Origin: a virus
Taxonomy: Duplodnaviria > Caudoviricetes
Length of the DNA: 63,559 bases
Direction: 5' to 3' (one strand)
Virus record (IMG/VR): IMGVR_UViG_3300036979_000143
Coordinates: 1-63,559 of that record
The notes under the pieces were generated by a model. The model had not been told where the DNA came from, made no database searches, and worked only from the letters and a program-made list of their open reading frames with translations. Shown piece after piece: positions 1 through 8,150 of this stretch. The stretch's first letter is position 1, and every line of letters starts with the position of its first letter. The position numbers and the translations under genes were made by a program.

Positions 1-127
1 AAAGGTTGACTTATTGGGTCGCCACCAACTGAAAAATATCCTAATCCGCCATCGAGATTCGCTTTACTACTAAAGATCCCAACACTTCCGTATCCAGTAG
101 GTAGTAGTGTTCCTGCTAAATAAACAT
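1..127. repeat. 127-bp terminal direct repeat (copy 1), circular assembly overlap
   Basis: Bases 1-127 are identical to 63433-63559, and an ORF reads through the junction. Confidence 0.95.
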
Positions 128-761
128 TAAGATTTTGTAAAGTTGAAGTATTGGTTTGGCGGAATCCCGAAGCGAACACACCGTTGGAGGCTGTAATCCT
201 CATCATAAATGGTCTTGAGGTGCTAACAGTTCCAAATGGTACATTAAATGTCGTTTGACTTATATAACTATTGTTTTTATATGTATACCCCATTCGGAGT
301 CCACTAAACCACAAATCATCTTGACCAGTTGCTGCATTATTTAATTGATCTACTTGTATGTATTTTGTCGTCCCATCACCAATTAATCCTGTAAATTTAT
401 CATAATCGCCAGAAACATAATTAAAATTAACAGCTTGATTCCACGATATAGGGCCAATAACTGAGTAATTAAATCCATTGCCAACAAAAGGCACAAAGAT
501 TCCGTTTGTAAAATTCTCTTGACCCATTAGGAAGTATCCGACTCCAATGTGATCCCATAGTGAAGCCCCATTTCCTATTACTGAAGTAGATTTTAGAGAT
601 AAAAACGCTGTGTTAAAAGCGGTTTTGTTTGCTAGAGTGATTGTTCCACCTGTCGCCTCAACTCTTGCGAACCAATCGGAAGCATCAGGATCATACGAAG
701 GGCCACTTGGCCCACCGATAAACGGATAATTTACACTAGCCTTCAGAGAGAGGCTTGGCAT
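1..761 (-). CDS. Junction-spanning virion-associated protein, 5' part (314 aa in total, MPSLSLKASVNYPF...; continues 63432->63249)
   Basis: Manual translation from ATG at 761 stays open across the junction to TGA at 63249-63251 (945 nt); absent from the ORF track; G/S/T/N-rich. Confidence 0.8.
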   Translation of the reverse strand, partial: MPSLSLKASVNYPFIGGPSGPSYDPDASDWFARVEATGGTITLANKTAFNTAFLSLKSTSVIGNGASLWDHIGVGYFLMGQENFTNGIFVPFVGNGFNYSVIGPISWNQAVNFNYVSGDYDKFTGLIGDGTTKYIQVDQLNNAATGQDDLWFSGLRMGYTYKNNSYISQTTFNVPFGTVSTSRPFMMRITASNGVFASGFRQTNTSTLQNLNVYLAGTLLPTGYGSVGIFSSKANLDGGLGYFSVGGDPISQP

Positions 762-765
762 GGTG

Positions 766-1125
766 CTAGAAAGTGTAAGCAACCACGGAAGTTCCACTTC
801 CTGTAGTGAAGCTAGTAGTGTTGCCGTACAGCACAAACCCGGCAGGGAAAGTAACGCCTGTGACTGTTCCAGTAAGGTTCCCGGCATAAGCTGTGAGCGT
901 TCCGCTAGTTACAAACTGAAGCGCATACCAAGTGCCAGAGCCAGATGCGGTAGAAGCAGGGACAATTTTACCTCCGTTAGTTCCAGAGTTGTGGTCAATT
1001 ACAGAAATAGATGTAGGTGAATCTCCACCGCCACTTCCAGAACCAACAATGCTATAAAGTGCTTGAAGTGCTAGTTGGTAAAAACTGGACGTTGGGATTG
1101 TGGATGGGATTGGGGTAAGAGACAT
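766..1125 (-). CDS. Small beta-rich virion protein (possible capsid decoration)
   Basis: Directly downstream of the capsid gene; G/S/T-rich. Confidence 0.5.
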   Translation of the reverse strand: MSLTPIPSTIPTSSFYQLALQALYSIVGSGSGGGDSPTSISVIDHNSGTNGGKIVPASTASGSGTWYALQFVTSGTLTAYAGNLTGTVTGVTFPAGFVLYGNTTSFTTGSGTSVVAYTF

Positions 1126-1153
1126 AATATTATAAACTGGTTGTGTAATTTTT

Positions 1154-1210
1154 AAGCAGTTGAGGTAGCTGAAGCAAGTATTACCTCACTTCAGCTACCG
1201 ATAACTACTT
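1154..1210 (-). promoter_or_regulatory. Long stem-loop just downstream of the capsid stop (stability/processing element or terminator)
   Basis: Perfect 11-bp arms 1164-1174/1189-1199 plus outer arms 1154-1161/1203-1210; no U-tract. Confidence 0.55.
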
Positions 1211-1215
1211 ACCTA

Positions 1216-2424
1216 TTACAGACCAGTCGAGCTAGTCGAGCAAGGAAGCGGATTGCCGCTGAAGGGGCAACGGCGGAACAGAACAGGAACCACGTTCTGC
1301 GGACGAATCGGCTGAATCGCGCGCTGAATCTGGTAGATGTGCTGACCGTAATCTCCGTAGAGGTTGCAGTCGTTGTCGCGGAAATAAGTCCACTCCAGTT
1401 CGCCCATAGCAAGCTGCGGTGCGAAGCGGAAAGTTCCCTCTCCAACGTAGTTTTCGGGGACGAGACGCTTGAACGAATCGCCAGCGATGACAAAGCCCAC
1501 CTCGTAAGGAGCGGAGACCCAAGCCGGGTTGCGGCGTTGAGCAAATCCGTTCGTCACGGCAGAGCTAACGATTGGGTTGACAAGGATCAGATTGCCGTTG
1601 ACATCGAACCCAGTAGCGCGAAGGGGCTGCTGGTCGATGCCAAATGCGAAACCACGATAACCTTGGAACTGATACCCGGCGATGCTGTCCTCACCGAGCT
1701 TGAAGCTACCAGCGGTCAGATAGAGGAGGTCTTCCTTAACGTCTGCATCGTTGCGGATGTTTTCGATGGCATCTGCACCAAGCATGACTTGGAAGAACTC
1801 GCCATCCTTGCTGGCGAAAGGCTCTGCAAGCATCTCCTCGCGAAGGAAGGTTCCAATGCGATAGAGAGTCTTGAAGTTGAGCGGGGCATCAGGAAGAACC
1901 TGTGCGAACTTCGTGTTGATCTGCTGCATGTCCCCGGTCAGGTTCTGCGTGAAGGAACGGGTCGAATTGACCACATACTTCACGCCGGACTGAATGAGGA
2001 ACTGGTAGCGGATGTCGGCGTTGATGATCTGGAGGATCGTCTTCTCAAGGCTGACTTGAGCCTGAAGATAGCTGCCCTTGAAGGCTGTACGAGCCTGCTT
2101 GACGCAGACGCGAGGGCCAGCACCACGGAGGGTCTGAAGGCTGAACTGATACTCCGTCGAGCCGACCTGATCGGGGGTGGCGCCAACTCCGCAAAGGGAG
2201 AGGTCATCCACGAACGTGGGAGCGGAGAGCGAAGCGGCAGGAACAGCCATTTCCTCAACGACCGAACGTACAACGTCCGAAACGCTAGGGAGGGTTCCGC
2301 CATCAATGGCATTAATATAGGGAGACTTACGGGCCAGCACTTTCGCGATCTGACCAACGATGCGATTAACATCCTTGGAGGCGAAGTTCTGAATCGTAGC
2401 CAATGGGATACAGGATTGAGACAT
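1216..2424 (-). CDS. Major capsid protein
   Basis: 402 aa, downstream of portal and scaffold; long leader and downstream hairpin suggest high expression; no better candidate in the genome. Confidence 0.75.
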   Translation of the reverse strand: MSQSCIPLATIQNFASKDVNRIVGQIAKVLARKSPYINAIDGGTLPSVSDVVRSVVEEMAVPAASLSAPTFVDDLSLCGVGATPDQVGSTEYQFSLQTLRGAGPRVCVKQARTAFKGSYLQAQVSLEKTILQIINADIRYQFLIQSGVKYVVNSTRSFTQNLTGDMQQINTKFAQVLPDAPLNFKTLYRIGTFLREEMLAEPFASKDGEFFQVMLGADAIENIRNDADVKEDLLYLTAGSFKLGEDSIAGYQFQGYRGFAFGIDQQPLRATGFDVNGNLILVNPIVSSAVTNGFAQRRNPAWVSAPYEVGFVIAGDSFKRLVPENYVGEGTFRFAPQLAMGELEWTYFRDNDCNLYGDYGQHIYQIQRAIQPIRPQNVVPVLFRRCPFSGNPLPCSTSSTGL

Positions 2425-2644
2425 AGTGTTTGTTTTGGTTGGTTCCTTGCAGCCATCTCAACCAATTTTGGGAGTGACAACCACAAGGCTGAACGGCAGT
2501 CGCGTGCGACTACGATTCGTAATTTGGTTTTGTGTCACTTCCCGGCACGCTGGAAGTTTTTGTTTGCGGCCTGATTTGATAGGTCTTGCGGTTCCTATCA
2601 GAACCACCGTCATACGGAGACGGCACACCGAGTTGCGTGAACTA
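2425..2644 (-). ncRNA. Candidate structured 5' leader RNA of the capsid gene
   Basis: About 220-nt intergenic region with several hairpins and complementary GCGUGC/GCACGC segments. Confidence 0.45.
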
Positions 2645-3247
2645 TTAAGGATTATTTACACGTTCGTCAATAGTTTTTTTCAAAACAAATTCAATAAATG
2701 CTTCAACGGCATTTGCCCGGTCAAAAGTCTGATCCATTTGCGTTCCGATAGAATAGTTGTAGTTCGTGTCCACAAGCCTGCAAATCTCTGTCTTGTGTTC
2801 GCTAAAGTTGTTCAACAGCCAATCAGGGAAAAGCACATGATTAGGAGCAGGAGACCCTTTTTGCCACATAGAGAAAGTGCTTTTGTGATCTGGGTTATAC
2901 CGGGAAGGCCAAATCATTCCCTCATAAAGTTCCCAAGAGGGGATAGTCACGACTGCGTATCCTCCGGGCTTTAGGATCTTCATCCAAGATTTTAGAGCCT
3001 CCACTGGGTTGTGCATATGCTCTAGGCATTGCGAAGCATGGACATAATCGAAAGAGTTTGCTGGGAAATACTCATGAATCTTGTTGGCATCTCCATCCTG
3101 AACGTCGAACCCAACGACATCAGGAATCTTAATGAGGTCATCCCCGGCTCCAATATCAATGCCCTTCCCGACGAATACTTTTTCCCAAAAAGATTTCTCC
3201 TTCCCGGAAAGCCTGCGCTCCATTGCTTTTGATGATTCTTGGCACAT
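2645..3247 (-). CDS. Class I SAM-dependent methyltransferase (glycan/small-molecule type)
   Basis: GIDIGAG motif I, FDYVHASQCLEHM, LKPGG. Confidence 0.85.
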   Translation of the reverse strand: MCQESSKAMERRLSGKEKSFWEKVFVGKGIDIGAGDDLIKIPDVVGFDVQDGDANKIHEYFPANSFDYVHASQCLEHMHNPVEALKSWMKILKPGGYAVVTIPSWELYEGMIWPSRYNPDHKSTFSMWQKGSPAPNHVLFPDWLLNNFSEHKTEICRLVDTNYNYSIGTQMDQTFDRANAVEAFIEFVLKKTIDERVNNP

Positions 3248-3248
3248 A

Positions 3249-3833
3249 TTATGGTTTGTTGGTGATTAGGTCTTGGTATTTGTCGCGGTGAAAAATAACA
3301 GCTTCAGAACACAGCATGTCGTTGTCGCGTGGGAATTGATGCGGTTCTGCCCTGCCCCATTTGTCGTAGATTCCATAGCTATGCTGGATCAGATTTGTGA
3401 AATGGATTCGGTGTGGTATTTTCAAAAGCATCCACATATCCCATCCTTTGCCATGAAAGTCTCCGTCTATGTCTTTGGGTATGATCTCATTGGTTTTTGG
3501 CCCATAAACACCGATTCCGCCAATCAAATCGTGTGGAGGGGTTGCGTTATGCGATAGCATAAACTCCTTTCCTGAAGCTACATACGCAGATTCAATAGTT
3601 TTTAGCCATCCAGATTTAATAGGAATTGCGTCTGGCTCTAGCCAAAAGAAAGCCTCGTCAGGAAACATATCAGCGGCCTGCCGCAGAGCGTAATTGTTGC
3701 GCTTTGGGTACTCTTTTACAGTTTCATCAGCCGGGATGATTACTACCTCTGTTCCGTCCAGTTGGTTGATATAATCCACAAGGATAGAAACCTCATCCTT
3801 TTGACGTTTTGCTGCGACGATTACAGATTTCAT
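3249..3833 (-). CDS. Putative GT-A fold glycosyltransferase
   Basis: FFWLEPDAIP (ExD variant of DxD); glycan gene context. Confidence 0.55.
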   Translation of the reverse strand: MKSVIVAAKRQKDEVSILVDYINQLDGTEVVIIPADETVKEYPKRNNYALRQAADMFPDEAFFWLEPDAIPIKSGWLKTIESAYVASGKEFMLSHNATPPHDLIGGIGVYGPKTNEIIPKDIDGDFHGKGWDMWMLLKIPHRIHFTNLIQHSYGIYDKWGRAEPHQFPRDNDMLCSEAVIFHRDKYQDLITNKP

Positions 3834-4567
3834 TTTGGCAGAGATGCAAAGTCTATGTTTCCGTCCATGCAGTATACTGCTCCGGGATATGGAATAATAC
3901 TATTGGGGGCAATCTCATAAACCTCCTGAATCAAAGGAACTCGCAGTCCTGCGGCGATCCAGTAGGCACTTGATTGATTTCCAATATACAGCTTGCACCC
4001 TGCTATTGCTCTAGCAACTTCTAGGCAATCCTTGGTCGGATAACGGGTGATTTTGCCGAATGATTGAACAAAATCATCATGCTCCTCGTCTGTTCCGATA
4101 AATACAGCATCTTTTCCATATTTATCCATGATTTTCTCCCAAGGAAATTTTTCGTTCCTGTACCTGTGCGACCGATTGATAATCACCAATCCCTTTAGGT
4201 TGTCGTTAGGTTCTACGCTCAACCAAGGCCCATTTATTTCCATGTGCCCGGTGTTCCTATCCACAACGTGAAGGTATCGTGCCATCGAATCCATGAGAGT
4301 TATGTGATCTTGATAGCACTCGCGCCAGTTTGTCGTGTCGTAATCGACGCTGGGGTTTTCAGGGTTCATGGTAGAAGGAATCCCTTGACTATCCAGCAAT
4401 GGTTTTAATGAATCGTATTTATACCCTGACATTGGCACGCCCCATGAGGCATCTGAAACAATAAGCCGTGTTGCGCCTAGCTTCCGATAGATAGGAATAA
4501 ATGCTATAATGTCACCAATATGTCCTTGGTGAAGAACAGTTATCTCTCTTGTGAAGGGAGACTTCAT
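3830..4567 (-). CDS. GT9 (heptosyltransferase)-like glycosyltransferase
   Basis: HQGHIGDII N-terminal motif and YIGNQSSAYWIAAGLRVP C-terminal motif. Confidence 0.75.
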   Translation of the reverse strand: MKSPFTREITVLHQGHIGDIIAFIPIYRKLGATRLIVSDASWGVPMSGYKYDSLKPLLDSQGIPSTMNPENPSVDYDTTNWRECYQDHITLMDSMARYLHVVDRNTGHMEINGPWLSVEPNDNLKGLVIINRSHRYRNEKFPWEKIMDKYGKDAVFIGTDEEHDDFVQSFGKITRYPTKDCLEVARAIAGCKLYIGNQSSAYWIAAGLRVPLIQEVYEIAPNSIIPYPGAVYCMDGNIDFASLPK

Positions 4568-5148
4568 TTTTTCATCAGATTCGCCATGATTTCAGACCTA
4601 GACGAATCATTTTGCGTCTTCGCGTGAATTACTTGTTTAGCAAATCCTTTAGTTGCAACTCCTATTCCTAGGAGTTTGTGTTCTGGCGCAACTGCATTGT
4701 CTTGAATGATGTCTGATCGCGATAGTTTCGTGATGGCTGCTGCGGCGTGTTCCTTTGTCGCGTAAAACAGGAATGCCGGGTCTCCGACAATCAACAGCGT
4801 ATCCTTTCCTTCTGATTTATCTGCTGTTTCTGGTTTGAATGACTTATTGAACACATCATAGTCACACATCCAGCCACCACCAGCGGCGTGCAAGGCGCAC
4901 CAACGAGCGAACCTAGCAGTAATCCAATGGAATCTTGTAGTTAGTTCTGGCGGCAGTCCCATAGCACAATTCATCATCCTTTGCTGTAGTTTGTTATAGA
5001 GATGACTTCCTTGGGCGTGACTCCTATTCAGCATCACGGGTTCCCATCCATTTTGCTCCCAGCTTGCTTTCCAATGGTTAGCGCAGGCAAATTCCTCTGG
5101 TTGGTTGGAAAGAGCAATAGACTCGTAATATGCGTATATTTTCTTCAT
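4564..5148 (-). CDS. DxD-motif glycosyltransferase (GT32-like)
   Basis: ARWCALHAAGGGWMCDYDV motif; start re-set to MKKIY at 5148. Confidence 0.65.
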   Translation of the reverse strand: MKKIYAYYESIALSNQPEEFACANHWKASWEQNGWEPVMLNRSHAQGSHLYNKLQQRMMNCAMGLPPELTTRFHWITARFARWCALHAAGGGWMCDYDVFNKSFKPETADKSEGKDTLLIVGDPAFLFYATKEHAAAAITKLSRSDIIQDNAVAPEHKLLGIGVATKGFAKQVIHAKTQNDSSRSEIMANLMKK

Positions 5149-5149
5149 T

Positions 5150-6256
5150 CTAGTATGTTTTAGCTCCAACGTGGAAAATAGGGATTCCGAGGTCAATATG
5201 AGGTTGATGCCCGGCTTGTTTTGCCCTGATGCAGAACGATACATCTTCCCCTCTTGCGCTATCGAATGGTCGGAAGTAGTCGTACTCGTAATCAGGAACG
5301 TCGATTTTTAGGCTATCGCCAAACTTTTCGCGAATGCTTTGGAAAACCTTCCTGTGGATAAGGATAAACCCTGTTCCAATCCAATCCACCGGGACTACAG
5401 CATCTTCGTACTGCTTTGCCCGGTTGTATAGAGATGGGTCGCTGCACATCAGCGCACCATCCTCCTGCCTTCCGAAGTAGGCACCGCCAACCAATGTTTT
5501 GTTGGCACCAATCAGCCTGTGAATTCCATGCCTTTGCAACTGGTTATCTTGAAGATTCCTAGCTGCCTGCACCCAATACCTCATCCATGCAGGACGACCG
5601 ATGGACGGGATGATGTCGTCATCAATCATTAGCATCCATTTTGCGTCAGTTTCTAGGAACTTATGGGCGAGCCTGTTCCGAGAATGCTCAATCTTTGCGT
5701 CACCAATTGACATATCGAAACGGATCTTGTCCCTGCCAAAATCAAAAGCAAAAGCTACTTGTGTAGCGGCAGTTACAGGATTAGTTGCCTTGTACCAAGG
5801 CCAAGCAACAAAAATATCCCTGCCGCCGAACTCGCAACGATAGCTTGGCATCCCATCGCTGTTCCTGCTTTCGGTAATCGGATTATAAAAGCTCTCTTCC
5901 GCTTCAGGCAGAGAAATTGATCCTAGGATTTGCGGGTTTGCCTCTTCGCGAAGCAGTTCTGCAACGTCTTCAGGCATTGCTTCTGGTTCTTTTTCGGTTT
6001 TGTCTCGCGTGTCCTTAATTGGTTCTAAATCGCGTGTGGAACGCTGTGGAACATCACTTTTTGCTTCATATGAAGCATTTTCTGGATTTAACAGGGGTTC
6101 CGGGGTCGATTCTGCGACTGGTTCGCGTTCCTTGACGATTGGATTGCCATCCATTCGTTTCGGTTCTGGAATCGGAGTTGCGAAAGGATTTGCCGACTCA
6201 AGGGCACGAGCCGTTCGGTCGGTCATCGGTGTTCTGACCGGGTCTCTTGGTGCCAT
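5150..6256 (-). CDS. GT2-like glycosyltransferase with an acidic, disordered N-terminal extension
   Basis: SRNRLA, LMIDDDI, GTGFILIHRKVF and GEDVSFC motifs. Confidence 0.8.
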   Translation of the reverse strand: MAPRDPVRTPMTDRTARALESANPFATPIPEPKRMDGNPIVKEREPVAESTPEPLLNPENASYEAKSDVPQRSTRDLEPIKDTRDKTEKEPEAMPEDVAELLREEANPQILGSISLPEAEESFYNPITESRNSDGMPSYRCEFGGRDIFVAWPWYKATNPVTAATQVAFAFDFGRDKIRFDMSIGDAKIEHSRNRLAHKFLETDAKWMLMIDDDIIPSIGRPAWMRYWVQAARNLQDNQLQRHGIHRLIGANKTLVGGAYFGRQEDGALMCSDPSLYNRAKQYEDAVVPVDWIGTGFILIHRKVFQSIREKFGDSLKIDVPDYEYDYFRPFDSARGEDVSFCIRAKQAGHQPHIDLGIPIFHVGAKTY

Positions 6257-6258
6257 AA

Positions 6259-7566
6259 TTATGCTCCAGCTTCGTCAAGCCCTAGGTCAATAGCATCAGA
6301 GGCATTCATCTTGATCCTACTATTTACATCTGACTTGGCTGGCGAGGGGGATGTTACGTTGGTTTTTGGAATCTTCCCGGCTCCCTTTAGGCGATTATTT
6401 TCGTCTGTTAGCCGTTTGATTTGTTCCATGACGCTTGTTCGGTGTGTTTGCTCAAGTCGCAGTTGGTCAGCAAGTTTGTGGCTCAATACTGCGGCGGCAG
6501 CTACAGAAGCACGCTCCTGCGCGTTTTGAGGCCACAAGGCAGTGTTGAACTTGTTGTGCAGATCAGAAACCATAGCATTGTGCTGTTGGATCTTTTCGAC
6601 CTGATCTTGCGTAGCGTTTTGAGGTGCTTGCTGATACCTAGCCCAAGGAATCTCTTTTGTGATATCGTCGATATGCTTTTGAATTCCTTCGCTTTCCTGT
6701 TTGTACCAGTTGATGCTTTTATTTTTCCTCTCCTCAAGGATTTGTTCAGCATTTTCAGCAGCGTGAGAAATCTCTTTCTCCTGCTGTTCTTTCAGGTCAG
6801 AAATGTCAAGAAGACCACGCTTTAGCTTTTCAGCATCAGTAAGCTGTAGCTTGTCGATTGCGTTGGTCTTCCACCAATTTTGATCTATCTTTTCCGGGCC
6901 TCCAGCCTTTTCGATGCTTTCAATCAGTTCATCGCTTGCCCCGTTTTTTCGCATAACGGAGTAGATACTCTGCTTTGCGTTTTCAAGCGGTTCCTCGTAC
7001 TTGCTCTTGAAAGACGGGTCATTCTTAATGTCGAAGATTGCCCGGAATTTCTTAAGCTCGTCGTAGTCCTCCGGGGTTGAAGCAGGCTTGGTTTCAGCTT
7101 CGGCTAGTCGTTGGCGGAGGATTTCGGCTTCTTCGGCTTGCTTTTTGTAGTGCGAGGCTGTTTCTTGGAGTTTCCGCCAGTTGTTTTGGTTTTTCTCCGA
7201 GAGGTTCCGGGGTTGCTCAATTTGTGCGATTTCGGGGTCGATTTCTGGTCGCTGGTCGGCAGTTCCCTGACCGTAATTTTGGCCGGGTAGAACCTGATTT
7301 TGAGGATCAGGCTCACCATAGGAATTGCCAGTTTGTCCTGCCACTTCATCGGCAGGAGGTGATACAGGTTCAGCAGAATGTTGGTTATCAGTGTCTTCAT
7401 TGTTTGTTATGGGTTCGGGTTGTGTTTGTTGCTCTGCTTCATCTAGCAGGGAATCTAAATGAGAGTGCAGATCCGAGGTAACAGGATCTGCGTCTAGTCG
7501 CTCTGCTCCCCCATCGGGGTTAGCGGCTGTGATTTCAGGCACTTCGTTGTCGATGTCGTTTTCCAT
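6259..7566 (-). CDS. Capsid scaffolding protein
   Basis: Acidic disordered N-terminus, long coiled-coil region, located between portal and capsid. Confidence 0.7.
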   Translation of the reverse strand: MENDIDNEVPEITAANPDGGAERLDADPVTSDLHSHLDSLLDEAEQQTQPEPITNNEDTDNQHSAEPVSPPADEVAGQTGNSYGEPDPQNQVLPGQNYGQGTADQRPEIDPEIAQIEQPRNLSEKNQNNWRKLQETASHYKKQAEEAEILRQRLAEAETKPASTPEDYDELKKFRAIFDIKNDPSFKSKYEEPLENAKQSIYSVMRKNGASDELIESIEKAGGPEKIDQNWWKTNAIDKLQLTDAEKLKRGLLDISDLKEQQEKEISHAAENAEQILEERKNKSINWYKQESEGIQKHIDDITKEIPWARYQQAPQNATQDQVEKIQQHNAMVSDLHNKFNTALWPQNAQERASVAAAAVLSHKLADQLRLEQTHRTSVMEQIKRLTDENNRLKGAGKIPKTNVTSPSPAKSDVNSRIKMNASDAIDLGLDEAGA

Positions 7567-7574
7567 AACTCTTA

Positions 7575-7814
7575 TTACATTGATGTGAACGATGCCGACG
7601 AAGCATCATCCTCTTTGTTTACGTCTGTGATTATTTCTTCCAACCTTGAAATTATATCTTCAGCCCCTTGTTTGTATGCGGCTGAAAGGGCATACGCTTC
7701 AATATCGTCGCCTTCTGCCCGGTGAATGCAACTGCGTAGGAAAGAGATTAATTTTCCTCCTGTTTGGGTATTGTATTGGCGGAAACGCGAAGAGTCAGAT
7801 TTTTCCCAATTCAT
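7575..7814 (-). CDS. Small head-module hypothetical protein
   Basis: Clean ORF at the position between portal and scaffold. Confidence 0.6.
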   Translation of the reverse strand: MNWEKSDSSRFRQYNTQTGGKLISFLRSCIHRAEGDDIEAYALSAAYKQGAEDIISRLEEIITDVNKEDDASSASFTSM

Positions 7815-7883
7815 AATTTATTTTTTATTTGAATTATTTGTAAGCGGTCATTTTGCCGCTTTTTTGTGTTGTGTCAATTAATA

Positions 7884-8108
7884 TTAAAGACCTTCATCAA
7901 TTGCATTCATTGACCTATCGGTTTCGCGAATCTTCTTGCCGAATGCGTTCTTCAGGTCGTTGTATGTACCAACCATTTCTTTCTTCAGTTCTCCCTGTGA
8001 TACTGCGCCCTGATCGGACATCCCTTGATTTTGGATGCGTTGTGCGTTTTGTTCTTCTGTAAGGTTTTGAGGAATTGAAGCCTGTTGAGGTAGGTTTGTG
8101 CCGCCCAT
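7884..8108 (-). CDS. Hypothetical protein
   Basis: ATG with A-rich leader, in operon order. Confidence 0.55.
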   Translation of the reverse strand: MGGTNLPQQASIPQNLTEEQNAQRIQNQGMSDQGAVSQGELKKEMVGTYNDLKNAFGKKIRETDRSMNAIDEGL

Positions 8109-8150
8109 ATTGGTGTTTTGTTTTTTTTGTTTGTGTTTTTTGGTGAATAC

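Noticed and set aside
1339-2574. 411-aa plus-strand ORF (and the many other antisense ORFs in the track)
   Set aside because: Antisense shadow of the capsid gene and other real genes; no recognisable motifs
2645-3247. DNA methyltransferase partner for TET
   Set aside because: Lacks C5 (PC, ENV) and N6/N4 (DPPY/NPPY) motifs; sits in the glycan cluster
7842-7866. Rho-independent terminator
   Set aside because: The U-tract is on the plus strand, opposite to all local genes, and the stem is short; function is unsupported
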